Origin: Callorhinchus milii | Taxonomy: Eukaryota | Reading direction: 5' to 3' | Assembly: GCF_018977255.1 (NCBI RefSeq) | Contig: NW_024704742.1 | Location: 2,482,001-2,546,000, forward strand | DNA: 64,000 nucleotides | In this document: piece after piece, positions 39,591 to 52,375 of the stretch | Layout of the letters: each line of letters opens with the position of its first letter | How positions within the stretch are numbered: the stretch's first letter is position 1 | Program-made: the position numbers and the translations under genes | Notes under the pieces: generated by a model | Database searches by the model: none | The model's input: the letters and a program-made list of their open reading frames with translations, nothing else | What the model was told of the DNA's origin: nothing

Positions 39591-40084
39591 TCCACATTTG
39601 GTTTAGATGAAGAAGACCTTCGGCCAACCCAATCTTGACCTTCCAGAATACCCACCCTATGATTTTTAAATACATTCAGTATCCAGGCTTTAACCACCCT
39701 TCCTGGGCAAAAGTTCCCTGGCTGTGGAGACGTTATGGTTTAAAACCAGTTTTCTCTGAGACACAGCAGCTATCAACAGTAAACTAGAAGAAAATAAGGA
39801 GAGGAATGCAAACTATTCCCTCTCCTATGGAGTTTTGTCCACTTTTTAAATATTTTCACATGCATGAATCTCATCATTGCGATCAAACCACGAGGGAAAG
39901 CAATGCAGTGGTGTTTATAATAATGGTCAACTTGGTCAACTTGAGGACCTTTGTTTGTGGTAGCAAAATGTCAAGAAATTGAACCATTAGTCTATTCCTG
40001 TATTCTCAGGGCTATTCTCAACACGAGCGAAGCTTTAGGCAAGCACTTCAGTCTTCAAAAAAAAACATTTCAGAGGCATAACAT

Positions 40085-40250
40085 AATCCAATCCACGACT
40101 GTTTGTGGGGACACTGCTGTGCACGATTGGCTGCTGCATTTCACCCACAAAATATACAGTCAATTCACTTTGCAGTATATTCTGTGAAGCGCTTTGAGAT
40201 GTTTCAACAAGGTGATAAGTGGCTGGATCAAGTGCAAGGATTATTATTAT
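40085..40250 (+). mobile_element. Family A SINE 3' half
   Basis: caatccacgactgtttgtggggacactgctgtgcacgattggctgc...gtgcaaggattattattat. Confidence 0.8.
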
Positions 40251-41579
40251 AATTCTTACATTTGACGCAGCACCTTTGATATCGGGAGGTAGTCTCAAAA
40301 TGCTTGACAGCATATATGGTAAAGTGGAAGGACTGGGTGTCTTGTAAGCGAACAGGCAGCCAATTTGTGTGCAGCAATGTCCAATGATTTTTTTTCTGGG
40401 TGGGGGGAGAGCGGGTTTATCAGCTGGGTGTCTACACGTGCAGAAATCCATCACCACGTTTAGGAGCGTCCAAACCAGACTGAGGGTTCAATCAATGTCA
40501 CCGACACGTGGGAATTCCAGGATTGGTATGGAATGCGCACTCTCTCCCTGAAGGGACCCACTCTGATCAACAGTTCTTGGAGAGTATTAATAATTCTTTC
40601 AGTTTAGGAACGAGCCAAGGCTTACAGACCCCACAGTGTGAGTTGGGCTACTGCTGGAATTTAACCTGCTCACAATAATATCCCAACAAAGGCCCAATTT
40701 TATTTTGCAACCATTTTGAAGCAGGTACTCCCAAAGCCAACACGCATAGAGAAGTCAGGGGTCCCAGAGATAATCGTTTCTACCTAGTTTGCCAAAAAAG
40801 GCCAGGTCTTTAGGGAGAAAATCAGTAAAAAACTGACTTAGAAGATGTCTAGGCAGATTTTTTCCATATGCTCTTTGAATTCATACAAATGTGTATTTTT
40901 TTCATGACGGCCATAAAGCCCGTGTGGACTGAAAATTCAGTTTAAGTATCTCTTCTACGCAATCTTAACACCTTTGCAGAGGCTTCTCTACTGTTCCCGG
41001 ATTCTGTTCAAGCAGTAAATTGTTGCTGGAGTCATAAAAATGGAAGAGAGTATGCATATCGACTTTTTAATCCCAGGAACGTTTAACGAAGATATTCTTG
41101 CGTCCCCAAATCACTTTTTAATTGCGCGCATAACAAATAATGCACCAAAACAGCAGAGTCAACAGAGTTTGCAAATCGGGCTTTTCTAATGCAGGCACCG
41201 AGCCACTGTTTGGAAGATATTAGACTCTACAGCTGGTTTTTCGTGGAAGTTTCCCTTTCGTACCGCTCAATTGGATCGTTAAAGTACTTTATCAGCATCG
41301 AAATGTTCTTATTGCAGCTGCCTCCAACGCTGGCTGCCAAAATGCGCTGTGTCAACACCATCATATTTCTTCTGACCTGCTTTGGAGGGGGACAAGCTCA
41401 CCGTGTTTAATGTTCATACCAATAAGGTTATTAATGTTACTCCATACCAGTTCATTACAACTTTATGTATGGTTTGCCGGCAACTGCACTCCATTGCAAA
41501 CAGAAAAAAAGAGACTTAAAGTGAGCGGCTGGGCTGATCCAGTTCCACCCCCAGTTCTGTCTTCTGCCATGTGCTATGT

Positions 41580-41960
41580 GGAGTCCCGTAGCTCAGTGGT
41601 TACAGCACTCGCTTCGCAAGAGAGAGGACCTGCGTTCGATTCCCGGCAGAGAGGAACGTTAGGCAAGTTTCCTTACTCCACAAGCCTCTGTTTACCAGCA
41701 ATTATGAGGAACCCGGTGGTTAGTTGATTGGTGGATCGCTTTTCTGGGGATAGTAATCCCTTAACAAAAAAAAAGATAATTTGGTTACTCAATCCTTGTG
41801 GGACACTGCTGTTCGCAGTTGGCTGTTGCGTTTCGCCCACAAATATACAGTCAATTCACTTTACAGTATATTATTATTCTGTGAAGCCTTTTAGACATCT
41901 AGAGAACATGAAAAGGTGCTATACCAAATACAAGGATTATTATTAATATCATTATTATTA
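41580..41960 (+). mobile_element. Full-length young SINE family A
   Basis: ggagtcccgtagctcagtggttacagcactcgcttcgcaagagagaggacctgcgttcgattcccggcag...caaggattattatt. Confidence 0.92.
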
Positions 41961-43049
41961 TCGGTCATGGCTGTTACTGCCAACAGCTCAGTGAAATGAG
42001 TATCTCAAACACTTAAGTGATAGTAAGCCTGACATATAACAACAAAAAATCACATGTGTATGGTGCCTTTCATGTCGTAAGAATGTCCCAAGGCGCTGGA
42101 TCAGCATAGTAGCATCACCCCCTACACCCCCACCACCAAAAGCACGTCACAGGATTTACTGCAAAGCAGATTGAGAGTGTATGGTTTTGGGCGAACGTGG
42201 CAGCTCATTCACTCACAGCAAACGTCCCACAAATAGCCATGGAGTGAATGGCTATTTTATTTTTATTTTATTTTATTTGGAGGATTGTTGGTCAGAACAT
42301 TGGAGAAACTCCGTGCTTTTTTCATGGGTGGAAGAGGAACTAAGCCAGACTAACACCATATCACCCCTCATTCCAGTCTAAACTGATTCACTCACAGAGC
42401 AGCAATTACAAGAAGAAGAGAAATGCCGTTCTTTACTGCCATTGATTTAAATTGGTGTAAAGAGCCAGACAATAAAATCTTCAGTGAAATTCAGTGCTTG
42501 AGGTAATGGGCACACCATAGAGTAAATTGGCTGGAAATTAATAAAATGCAAATTGTAATAGTTAAGAAGATTTCAGAAAAAATCAGCTATTTGCAGACTG
42601 ATCGTCAAATTTTCGATTCATGTAAAAGGGTTAGTTCTAAATATTATACAATAGCAGAACATCTCCATTATTCAAATATCTTGTAGGGGAATGCATGTAA
42701 CTCAATAAAATGGTGAGTTAGATGAAAGTTGGTCTCTCATTCTCAGTGCAGTTTTCATGAGAACAATGTTACGAAGATGACATTTCAGGAATTCTCCCAA
42801 CACCCTCAGAGAAACCACAAGGGATGAAAAAACACCTCCAGTATTGAACCTTTCAACAAAATGTCACACGCTGACCTTCATTTGGATAACAGTCAATTGG
42901 GACCTTCCTATATGGCTTGGGTACAGATGACATGAGAGCTCTTCAGGCTCTGACAGCAGGCACTGAGTAACAGCATACTGATCGTCCATGGGTCTAATTT
43001 GTGGAGGTGGGCAAAAAATTAACAAGTGTCGAATACTGCACCCATTTCT

Positions 43050-43770
43050 GACCCATACCAAAGTCCACACCCAAATCACCACAACCTCTCCAGGCTCGAC
43101 TGGCTCCTCACCGCCGAGAGAATTGATTTCGGGGTCACCACCCTCACCTGCAAATCCCTTCATGCCCCAGAACCTCCCTCCCTAACTCACATGGATGACA
43201 CATCAGTGCAGTGCTGGGGGTGTGCTGAATTGCCGGACGTGCTGTCCTTCGGGTGAATGGTTAAACCAAGGTTCCCGTCCCGTCTGCCTGTTCAGGTGGA
43301 TCTTAAAGAACCAATGGAACTATTCAAAAAGAGAAGGGAGTTTCTCCCGGTATCCTGGACAGCAATCCCCCAAAGAAAAATTACCTGTTTGTTTTATGGC
43401 TGTGTGTGAGATATTGCTGTGCGCAATTTGGGCTGCCGCACTCGCCTACAAATACGCAGCCGCCAAATTTCACAGGAAATCTTGTGAAAACTTTGGAATG
43501 TCTTTCAGACGTGCTAAGGCCCTGTACCGAACGCAAGGATTATTAATATTACCTTTCTGACCTGCTCATACTCCACTCCCCTCGTGCCCCCTTCGCTTAA
43601 CTAACACGCACGCTTACTCCATATCCGTCAACCACTGGTGGTCATGATTTCAGTCACCACACCCCCTAACCACTGGAACTCCCAATCCCTCTGCCTTTGC
43701 CTCCTCTTTATCTATCTTTGAACTCTCCGAGATGCTATCATATGTGAAGGATGCTATAATAACGCAGGTT
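43050..43770 (+). mobile_element. L2 3' fossil interrupted by a 5'-truncated family B SINE (about 43186-43548)
   Basis: LSRLDWLLTAERIDFGVTTLTCKSLHAPEPP before the SINE and acctttctgacctgctc (YLSDLL) after it; SINE body gtgctgtccttcgggtgaatggttaaaccaagg...gctgtgcgcaatttgggctgccgc. Confidence 0.75.
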
Positions 43771-44399
43771 TTCATTTAAATCCCTCCTTACTTCTTTGAC
43801 TGTGCCTATGGACACATCTCCTTCCCATTCTCCCTCACTCGGTGTCCAATTCCCCCCATTGTGAGGGATTCCGAGACTCTGGTGCTGTGCTGGTGCAAGT
43901 TATTGTTGTTATTGAGATGTGACACGTGTGGACCCTTCACTCGAATACCAGTCGCATTTCCGACCTTCGTGAAGTGGTACTGCAGCTTCAGGAGGCTTTG
44001 ATCACCCGGCAAGATATTGGCGAGTTACCAATTCACTCAGATTTAATATCCACGCTTCTGCCCAATGCCTATTCATGTCTTCATTTTTCAAGTGTTTGGT
44101 CGTGTTAATAGTTTGCTTTTGAATGATATCATTGACTCGCTCCAATAGACTCTTGACGTTATTCTTTCCCTGTGCTATGAACAGTTGTGAAAAAGTGGTA
44201 GATAACTAAAGAATACAGTACAATTTGTAATTATATGTCACCATTCAGGTTGGGAAGACATCTCAAGATGCTTCACGCAGATTATCCTGTCCAGACATTT
44301 GAGTGAGGTGACTGAAGTACTTTCTTTGTAATGGAGAGGTACTTAAACCTAAATTGTGTATGGTTACTGAAACGTTGTACACGCTGTTTCATTAACCAC

Positions 44400-44905
44400 A
44401 AACCCTAATAGAAGGAGATGTAAAAACAATAGAAAAAGGCGCAGCATATAGATGAGTCCCTTCAGCACCTCAGATGAAGGGTTTCAGTCATGACATTATT
44501 AGTTCGGGAATCTTTTCTCCAGTTGGAGCTTAAAGGGTGATCTGATGGAATCCCTGAAGATCAGTGAAGGGTAAACTACAAGTCCCTTTTAGGTTAAATG
44601 GTAATAGATTATTTCCATTGGTTACGGTCCAGTACCCTAATTAAAATAACCGCAGAAGAATTAAAGGGGAAGTTCAAAAAACATTTCTTGGCACAGCGGG
44701 TGTTTGGAATATGGAATCCTCTGCCACAAACTGCAGCTGACGCTGAGTCCACTAATTCTGTTAGAAGTGAATTAAATTAAATAGATGCCAGATAAACAGG
44801 AACTTGGGGAGAATGGGATAAGATTGGCTCACACGGAGAAAAACAAAAGGACAGACATGGTGGGCCAAATGGCCTATTTCCGTACTCTTAGCATTCATTG
44901 ATTCT
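44400..44905 (+). mobile_element. CR1 LINE 3' fragment
   Basis: Reads KKHFLAQRVFGIWNPLPQTAADAESTNSVRSELN; ends gggccaaatggcctatttccgtactc...ttctat. Confidence 0.8.
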
Positions 44906-46189
44906 ATAAAGAGCCTGTGGTTGAGAGGGAAATGATGTATTTGGCATCAACAAAGAAACTAAACTTCTCAGAAGCAGTTACAGCAATGAAGGAGCCATGA
45001 GTTGAGATCAAAGGATATGGGGATGAGGTGGGAGGGGTTGGTCTAACATGGCAATAAAATGAAGGATTAAGGGTGGAGTGTCAAAGGATAAAGTGGTCAG
45101 TGGGATTTCAAAGATACACAGGACTTGTGTCTTTGAGGAATTGAGAGCGAAACAAAATTTCAAGATCGAATTTTTAATGAATTGAAATTACTGGCAACCG
45201 ATTCGGACGTAAATCGATTCACTTTCGTTGTTGATGGTTATTATTGGAATGATCCAAAGGCTTCAAATGAAATTTCTTTTTTGTATCCTGTCCCACTTCG
45301 CAGATCGCGGAAAAGAAAGGCCATAATGTGGTCAAGTTCAGTGTAGGATCTGAGATACTGTGAAAAAGAACGTAGAAGGCAAACAAAAATGAACCTTTCA
45401 ACACTGGTCACAACGTCTCTCCGAGGGCAGCGCTTGACTAGACTCTTGTCAGAAAATTAAAACACCGCATTTAAAGGCACAACAGGAGTTGCAGCAATAA
45501 GCAAGATGCTTGGTTGTACGACCAAATCAGTTGAGTTCAGGTCACAGACGTCATGCTCAGGCTCTGTAGTGATCCGTTGAGGTTACACCTAAAGTAATAA
45601 TACTAATCCTTACATTTGGTTTAGCAACTTTCACATCATGAGGGCATCACAAAGCAGTTCACAGTACATACTGAAAGAGCAGTGACTGTGTGTTTTGTAG
45701 GGAGAATAAGGACTACTGCATTTTGGGGGGGCATTGGGACACTGAATGCTGAGAACGTCACTTATTTTTGCCGGAGTTATTTTTAGTTATCTATTGTAAG
45801 ACTGGCTGCCGCGTTTCGCCTATAAACACACAGCCATTGCACACACAGTAAAATCATGTGAAGTGCTTTGAGGTGCCTCAACAATGTTTGAGGTGCTATA
45901 TCAAATGCAAAGATATTATTATTATATTCAGTACGGACTTTGTCAGGTGCATGCTGTGGATCTGTTCGGCCTTCACCAAATTTAGTGTGATTGTGAATCT
46001 TTATTGGTGAAGAAGAATCAGATTCATTGTCTGGTACCTTCCCCAAGTCTGGCTTTCGTGAACACATTGGTAATAGTCGCAGGAGGCAGCATTGATTTTT
46101 TCCCATCTGAAGAAACCTGTGTCTCCAGAGAAGAGGTTATGTTGGAAGAAAACTGGGAAACGCCTGCGTTGTTTTATTTTAAATCAGTT

Positions 46190-46400
46190 CTGCTTTCCCA
46201 ATGGGTCTGTAAGCAAAGTCAATGCTGCACAGACAGGGAAGATCCCAGGTTCAATCAATGACCTGTGCCGAGTTAGCTGATATGAGACAGGGGTTAGTAA
46301 TAGGTCGTGTAACCCTGGGCTGAGGAGGAAGGAGAAGCACTCCTAGATTGCCATAGAGAAAGCACGGTCTGCTTTCCTGCTGCTTATCCAGCTGAGAACA
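46190..46400 (+). mobile_element. Ancient SINE family C, 5' half
   Basis: ggaagatcccaggttcaatc...ctgtgccgagttagctgat...ccctgggctgaggagg...ttcctgctgcttatccag. Confidence 0.6.
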
Positions 46401-47717
46401 CCCTACTAGTTACGGCTAATTCTATTACGAAAACACATTGCATAGCTGAGTAAGTTTAACCGGCAGGTGGAAAATACTGACAGGGTGGATTCATTTAACA
46501 GCGAGTCGATAATTAAGGAGCATGGCAAGAGGGCAGGACAGTGGTATTCAAAGATCTGACAAAATCTAACAAACTGGTGGAACGAGCTCAAAGGCTAAGT
46601 AGCCTCCTCGTGTTCCCAGCTCAAGTACTGCCAAGGTGTTCCATTTCCCAATGAGCAAAGTCTCTCACTTGCCAAGGTGGGATATTTAGCGACGATCAGA
46701 GAACCATATCCTTTGTTGTTGCAAACGTGGACAGACATTCAGACGTACTCTGTCGTGCTGGAGACCAAGCAGAGGAAAGACATTCTTTTAGTGGTGGAGT
46801 CGGCCAGCTAAATTAACGGAGCAGATTAATATGTCACCGCAGCACATGCACACACTGTGACATTTCAAAAGCCAACCGTGTAAATAGCAGAGCACTGAAG
46901 CCCACTGTTTTCAGTAATTACAGAGCAGAGCTGCACAGCTCTTCAGTGTTTGCTAACACCAAATCATGTGCTTAATGTGTCTCCTTTCCCTTCCTGGGAT
47001 CCGAAGTAAAAGGTCAACACTTAGGAGCGATAAATGAAACCAAGTTTGGTAAGATTATGAAGCAATGTGTACAAGACACTATCCTTTTTCTGTCATTCTC
47101 CCCATTATATTTACTAATAATGAAGTTTAAATAAAATAGCTGATGAGACATGGTTTACACAGGCTTATTCTGTTTGAAGTTACTTCCGGCTAGGATGGAG
47201 GCTGTACATCACTGTTAAGGCAGTCGGGTTTTAGGGGTTTTGAACCCAAACTGCATAAAATTGAAAGATGGTTTAAATAGATGGCGTGAAGAAATTCTAT
47301 AAAATGAATGGAAATTGAATCAGAACGGCACAAGGCAACAGTTAGGCTTTGAGTCAGAATCCTACTGAGAATCCTCCTTCATAAATATTCGGAAAGATTG
47401 GTCAAAGTAAACCGGAGTCAGTCATACAGGAGCAATGATGTTTAAACAAGGTGGTTTCAAAAGGGAATCCTGGACTTAAGAATCCATAATTAGGATTCCA
47501 TGATGAAGGAATCCATAAGTAATTTTGCTGTTACCTTGTTTTAGACCTTATTTGTTTGTTTTAGGAGCAGAAACTATCCAGTTCCGTAGGAACCTCTACC
47601 CGGGATCCATTCCTTCTCGGGATGTTTCCTTCTACATTTTCCACAAGATGTTCAGCTCGGTGCAAAGTGAACTCTGCGATGTGTAGAATTGCTTTTGCAC
47701 GAGCTTATAAAAAATAC

Positions 47718-47830
47718 ATCATCCTTGCATTTGCTATAGTGCTGGTTACGTCTTCCAGACGTCGCAAAGCGCTGCACGGAATATACAATTATTACTGTGA
47801 AGTGGATTGACTATATTTGTGGGCGAAATG
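47718..47830 (-). mobile_element. Family A SINE 3' end joined to an L2 3' UTR
   Basis: atccttgcatttgctatagtgc...aaagcgctgcacggaatatac...attgactatatttgtgggcgaaatg. Confidence 0.75.
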
Positions 47831-48145
47831 AGTTTTGGACCCGAGTTGGGGGTCAGGAGGGCTGGAGGGCAGGGTGGGGGGGTTGGAGGTGAGAGGTTGG
47901 CTGAAGGCACGGTGGAAGAGGAAGGTCTTTAGACGGGAGTTGAAGGCGGCAAGAGAGGGGGTGATGTGGAGGGATTGTGGGATAGAGATCCAGGGTATGG
48001 GGGCAGAAATACTGAATGCCCGACCACCAGTGGTGTGGCGGGAAGTGTGGGGGACCTGAAGCAGGCCGGTGTCCGCCGAGCGGAGGGAGCAGACAGGCTC
48101 ACGTGGAGTTAGGAGGTCACAGAGGTAGGGAGGAGCAGAAAAATT
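47831..48145 (-). mobile_element. L2 LINE ORF2 C-terminus and 3' UTR, well preserved
   Basis: Open frame SAPPYLCDLLTPREPVCSLRSADTGLLQVPHTSRHTTGGRAFSISAPIPWISIPQSLHITPSLAAFNSRLKTFLFHRAFS. Confidence 0.88.
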
Positions 48146-48175
48146 GAAATAACAAAAGAAAAAGAGGAAGGACAT

Positions 48176-48351
48176 TACTTCGAGGCGCGTCTCAAGGCCC
48201 TTCTCTTCGACTGCGCCTTCGGCCACACTCCTACCCTCCACCTCCCCCAATCCCACCCCCTCCCCTCCTCGGGTACAAATTCCCCATTGTCCAGCGCCTT
48301 GGGACATCCTCCCCATGTGAAGGGCGCTGTACAAACATAACTTGTTGTTGT
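48176..48351 (+). mobile_element. L2 LINE 3' end
   Basis: cgtctcaaggcccttctcttcgactgcgccttcggccac...tgtccagcgccttgggacatcctccccatgtgaagggcgctgtacaaacataacttgttgttg. Confidence 0.8.
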
Positions 48352-48539
48352 CGACTTCATGATTCTAGTAGGTTTCCCGAGTATAATTCATTTTCTTTTT
48401 AAAAAAAGAGGAAATCTCTCATCGGACCAAATAGACTTTGTTTCCTTTTTGCAACGTTGTAGGTGCAGTGGTCTGAGGTAAGGTTACATGATTGATGGAT
48501 TGGAGATGAGTTGCTGTTACCTGTGGAACCTAATTTTAA

Positions 48540-48965
48540 GCGTCAGCCTGCCTCAGTTGGTTGCACTCTTGCCTCTGAGTCATAAACTTGCGGGATCAAG
48601 ATCAGGACTTTGAGCTCATTCTCTGGGCTGACGCTCCAGTGTAATGCTGGGGGCGATGGTGGCGGTGGGGGGGTGGGTGGTCGGAGGTGCTGTCCTTCAA
48701 GTCAGAGATTAAACCAAGATTACGATCCCATGGCACTGCTCAAAATGAGATGGGAGTTTCTCCGCCGCCTCTTAGCCCAAATCCCTCGCTGAGAATTAAT
48801 CATTCACTTCATTGACGGTTACTGGGACGTTGCAGTGCTCAAATTCGCTCCTGTGTTCACCTAAAAAAAACACACAGGCACCACAATTAGCAGCAATACC
48901 AGTGAAGGGCTTTGAGAGGTCGGAACGACGTACTGAGGCATATTGTATCAAAGACAAGGCTTATT
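48540..48965 (+). mobile_element. Older Deu-type SINE (family B), near full length
   Basis: gtcagcctgcctcagttggttgcactcttgcctctgagtc...ggctgacgctccagtg...gatcccatggcactg...gtgaagggctttgagagg. Confidence 0.8.
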
Positions 48966-51369
48966 AGCGTTTAGCTTTTCAGTGATCAAACTGGTATCTC
49001 ATTTGGTTCAACTGTTGTTTCCTGCAGAGTGGGATGTCATTCTTTGTGGTTGACAGCTATGGAATGACGTATGTTTTCAGGGTTTGCTTGTCAACAGATG
49101 GCAAATTAGGTTGTGCTCCGACACACTGAATTGGCAATTTCTCAAATGCTGTGAGGGCTACGAAGCAAACAGATGGCAGAGAGGGAGGGTAGTTAGATAG
49201 AAGAGCGTTCACTTTGGGTTCCTGCGGTGTGTAATGTGGGTTAGGCATTGACTGACTCACCTGTGCTCTCTCTTCACCTGCAAAATATCATGCAGTTAGA
49301 ACGAGAGGAAAGGCAGAGGTATAAGCGATTAAAAAGATTAAAAAGCTTTGCTGTAATTTTTTAAAAAAGTGTAGAAATTAATTGAGCTAGTTCCTAACTA
49401 ATAGGTCTACCTTTTATCATCTATCTTTACATCTCATTCACTTTGGCTTACACTAGAATCAAGCTGCTGTTGGCTTCCTTGCAAATGACCCGCTGTGCTC
49501 AATCAGCAATGATTTGTAGCCCATTCCAGCTCGCTTTGCTGAAGAGGTATTAAACTACTCTTCATATCTCCCAGAATGACTATCAATCTCCGAGAGTGAC
49601 CGAGATCTTCTTCCCTTGCCACAACACAAGGGCGATCTCATGGGCATTGAGATATTCCAACAAATGAATTAGGAACATTAAAGAAAATTAAAAAGATTAG
49701 CCAGAAAGAACTGGACGTCATTGAAAATGGCCTGACATATCCGTTCAACCCATCCACAGCATTATGAGGGAGTGCAAGTATAGGTGGACTTGATGTTCAG
49801 TTTCTCCACTTTTTCTCATGATATACCCAGCGTCTTACAGAACCCACATCAACGCACAAGTGTCCGTTCTGTACTGCTGTCTTCCAGTGAGAAGCAAACA
49901 TAGCTTTCACAGAAGTGGCGGGATATATATATATCAACATATCTTATGCCTTACTGTGCCTCTTACCATTCTACGCAAAAGAAATATCAGGCCTTACTTT
50001 TGGGGGCGTCCCACATTTCAATTGGGGGGACAAATGTACCAGGGACACCCCAAATGCCGTGGCTTGTACTTCTTTCGTGAAGAATGGCAGGAGGTACAGT
50101 GAGCAATTCAATGGACAGATTTTTCCGAACAGGATTCGTGAGAAGCAAACCCCGATGGTAACCCCGGATATCCGAGGCCAGTCCAGCCGAATGTGGCCGC
50201 AATTCGGCTGCAAACATAGTAGAAACAAAACTAGCACGGGAGCAGAGATCCAGCAGTTTCATCTGAGGCACGCGTGCAGATTCCACGCCTCACGCGTACT
50301 TTTGCAAAGCCTGCAAATTGAATCCCGAATTCATCCCGTCTACCTGCCCCGCCTGAAAGGATGGGATGCAATTCGCAGCACTTCAAGCTTTTCTTAAATC
50401 AGTGTCGGCGCTGATTTAAGGAACTCAAGAAATACCACGTGTTTTACCCAATGAACCAGTCTTCTGTGTAAGCAGCCAAGCTTTAAAATGAAACAGACGT
50501 GAAAGACGCTCGCACATGTACATCGCGCCATTTGACAGAGCGAGAAAGGTTCTATTTGTGGAGCTATCCACTGTCGGCCTCTGAGAAGGCAAACAGAATG
50601 ACCCGGTGAGCAGGGAATAAATAGATGTTATTGAAGGAAGCCAAACAGATCAGATAAGATGAAACTGTAATCTTGTGTTAACAAGGAAACCTGGCAACAA
50701 ATCAAGCTTTTTATCATGGGTTTGAAAGCCCAAGGAGTCTTAAACAGAAACTGTGCTAATCCCATGATCTGGAGCCTGTTTAGTTGAAAGCTCTCCAAAT
50801 GGGTTGTAAAGAAGGCAAAAATGCATCGAAAATGCAAAGCAGGTTAGCGTTGCTTAAGACCCGATGAAATATCTGATGAGAGATTAGGCTTCAAACATCA
50901 ACCTATCTCTTTCAAATGACGATTGGCCTGCTCTGGAGTTCCAGTACGTCTGTGATCATGTTAATTGGGCTTGCGTATGAAATGCAAATGACACAAACTT
51001 TCAGGGTTTGTGAGACCGCAAAATACACACTCACTGCCCTCCGCAGTATATGAAGGGCTCGTGGTGACCTCCTGATGTGAAAGGCGCTGCTGCGTCGAAC
51101 ACAGTGATTATTTTCACGTGTTCCAGTCAAATGTATAATGGCAGAGAACCAACATCCACATTAATTTGGGCAAGACACACACCAGTATAAAAACAATGTG
51201 GGTATATTTAGTTGTGTATCTGTCTTTTTTCCTCTGCTTTTCTGTCCAGTAAGTCTCTCTCTCTCTCTTTCTCTCTCTAATCCTGTGCCTCTCAGTGTTT
51301 GTGCCTCTTTCTAGTCTTGTATTCGCCGAAATAGAATCACTTCACGTTGTATTATTAGTTCAGTCCTGC

Positions 51370-51585
51370 ATGATTGAAACTGAACTCCTTCCCCATACCC
51401 CTCCGACTCACACCCTGTCTATCTACCTTTTATCTCACCTTAAACCTTACCTCTTCAGACGCATCTGTGACAACCTGCCCCTTCCCCTTCCCCTCGCTTG
51501 CCTGGTGTTCCAAACCCATCCTCGTAAACCGCTGCAAGATATTACCTTATGACACGTAAAGGGCGCAATATAAATGCAAGTTGTT
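51370..51585 (+). mobile_element. L2 LINE 3' end
   Basis: caccttaaaccttacctcttc (HLKPYLF)...gtaaagggcgcaatataaatgcaagttgtt. Confidence 0.7.
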
Positions 51586-52321
51586 AACAACCTGAGATCT
51601 CAGCCAGACCCCAGTAAACAGAGAGCTGTAGTTCAGAGGTCAGAGATCCATCCGAAGTCGATACCAATAGGGTTTCCCCGTTGTAAACAACTTGATGTAA
51701 AGATTCGCTATTTTAGCCAATGCGGGGGAAGTCAGCCAGTGATGGACTCCACCATGCTTTGGCGAAGGCACTTAATTACAGAATATCCCAAGTTGGGATT
51801 GAGGCCACTTGCTTGAAAATGATTGCTCCTTAACTTGGTTCTTCGGAGAATTGCTTACAGCTGGAAACAAGACTGTAAAGCCGAACATGGTTAAGTACCG
51901 CTGCTGTTCTGTTGAGGCAGCTGGGGCTGTTCGAACAGTTACCTTTCTAATGAAGTCCGTGATAAAGGAAGTTAAATTTGTTCCGTTCATCTGCTAATGT
52001 GAAACGACTTGGTTCAGGTGCTGGAATGCCTTCAGAGTGCGAAGGGGGGGAAAAAGTTATCTCAGAGAGAGGGAGAGGGAGAGAAAAAAAATACTCACTA
52101 AAGTGTGCTTGGTACCCTCTCTGAATCAAATAGACATTCTTTTTGGATCACGTTAATTTGGATGGATCGGAATAACGACGAAAAATGTACGAGGATTTTG
52201 CTGGGCACAGGTAGAACACTGAGCCACAGCAGTCGGCCTTCCAGCTCCAGCTCCGTGTATCAAATGCCGTTTGTACGAATCGAGGATTTGAGTGACAGAT
52301 GGATGCTTTTCTGCTTCACAG

Positions 52322-52375
52322 GTCGTTGACTCCAATCTTGTGGCTTTTGACTGTCACTGGATCTTCATAAATGAG
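52322..52375 (+). CDS. GRID2: GRID2-like coding exon (exon 5 equivalent), 54 nt, phase 0-0
   Basis: Acceptor ttttctgcttcacag|GTC, donor GAG|gtaatt. Encodes VVDSNLVAFDCHWIFINE (GluD2 VVETNLVAFDCHWIIINE). Confidence 0.95.

Noticed and set aside
44461..44481. REST/RE1 site (ttcagcacc)
   Set aside because: Only the left half-site is present, the GGACAG half is missing, and it lies in a CR1 fossil.
47792..48334. 180-aa minus-strand ORF as a nested gene
   Set aside because: It is a chance read-through of an antisense L2 end into an L2 ORF2 C-terminal remnant; there is no RT or endonuclease domain.
49915..50397. 160-aa ORF in a CpG-richer tract (likewise the 174-aa ORF at 52739-53263)
   Set aside because: Non-ATG starts, no recognisable domain, and no splice context that I could support.
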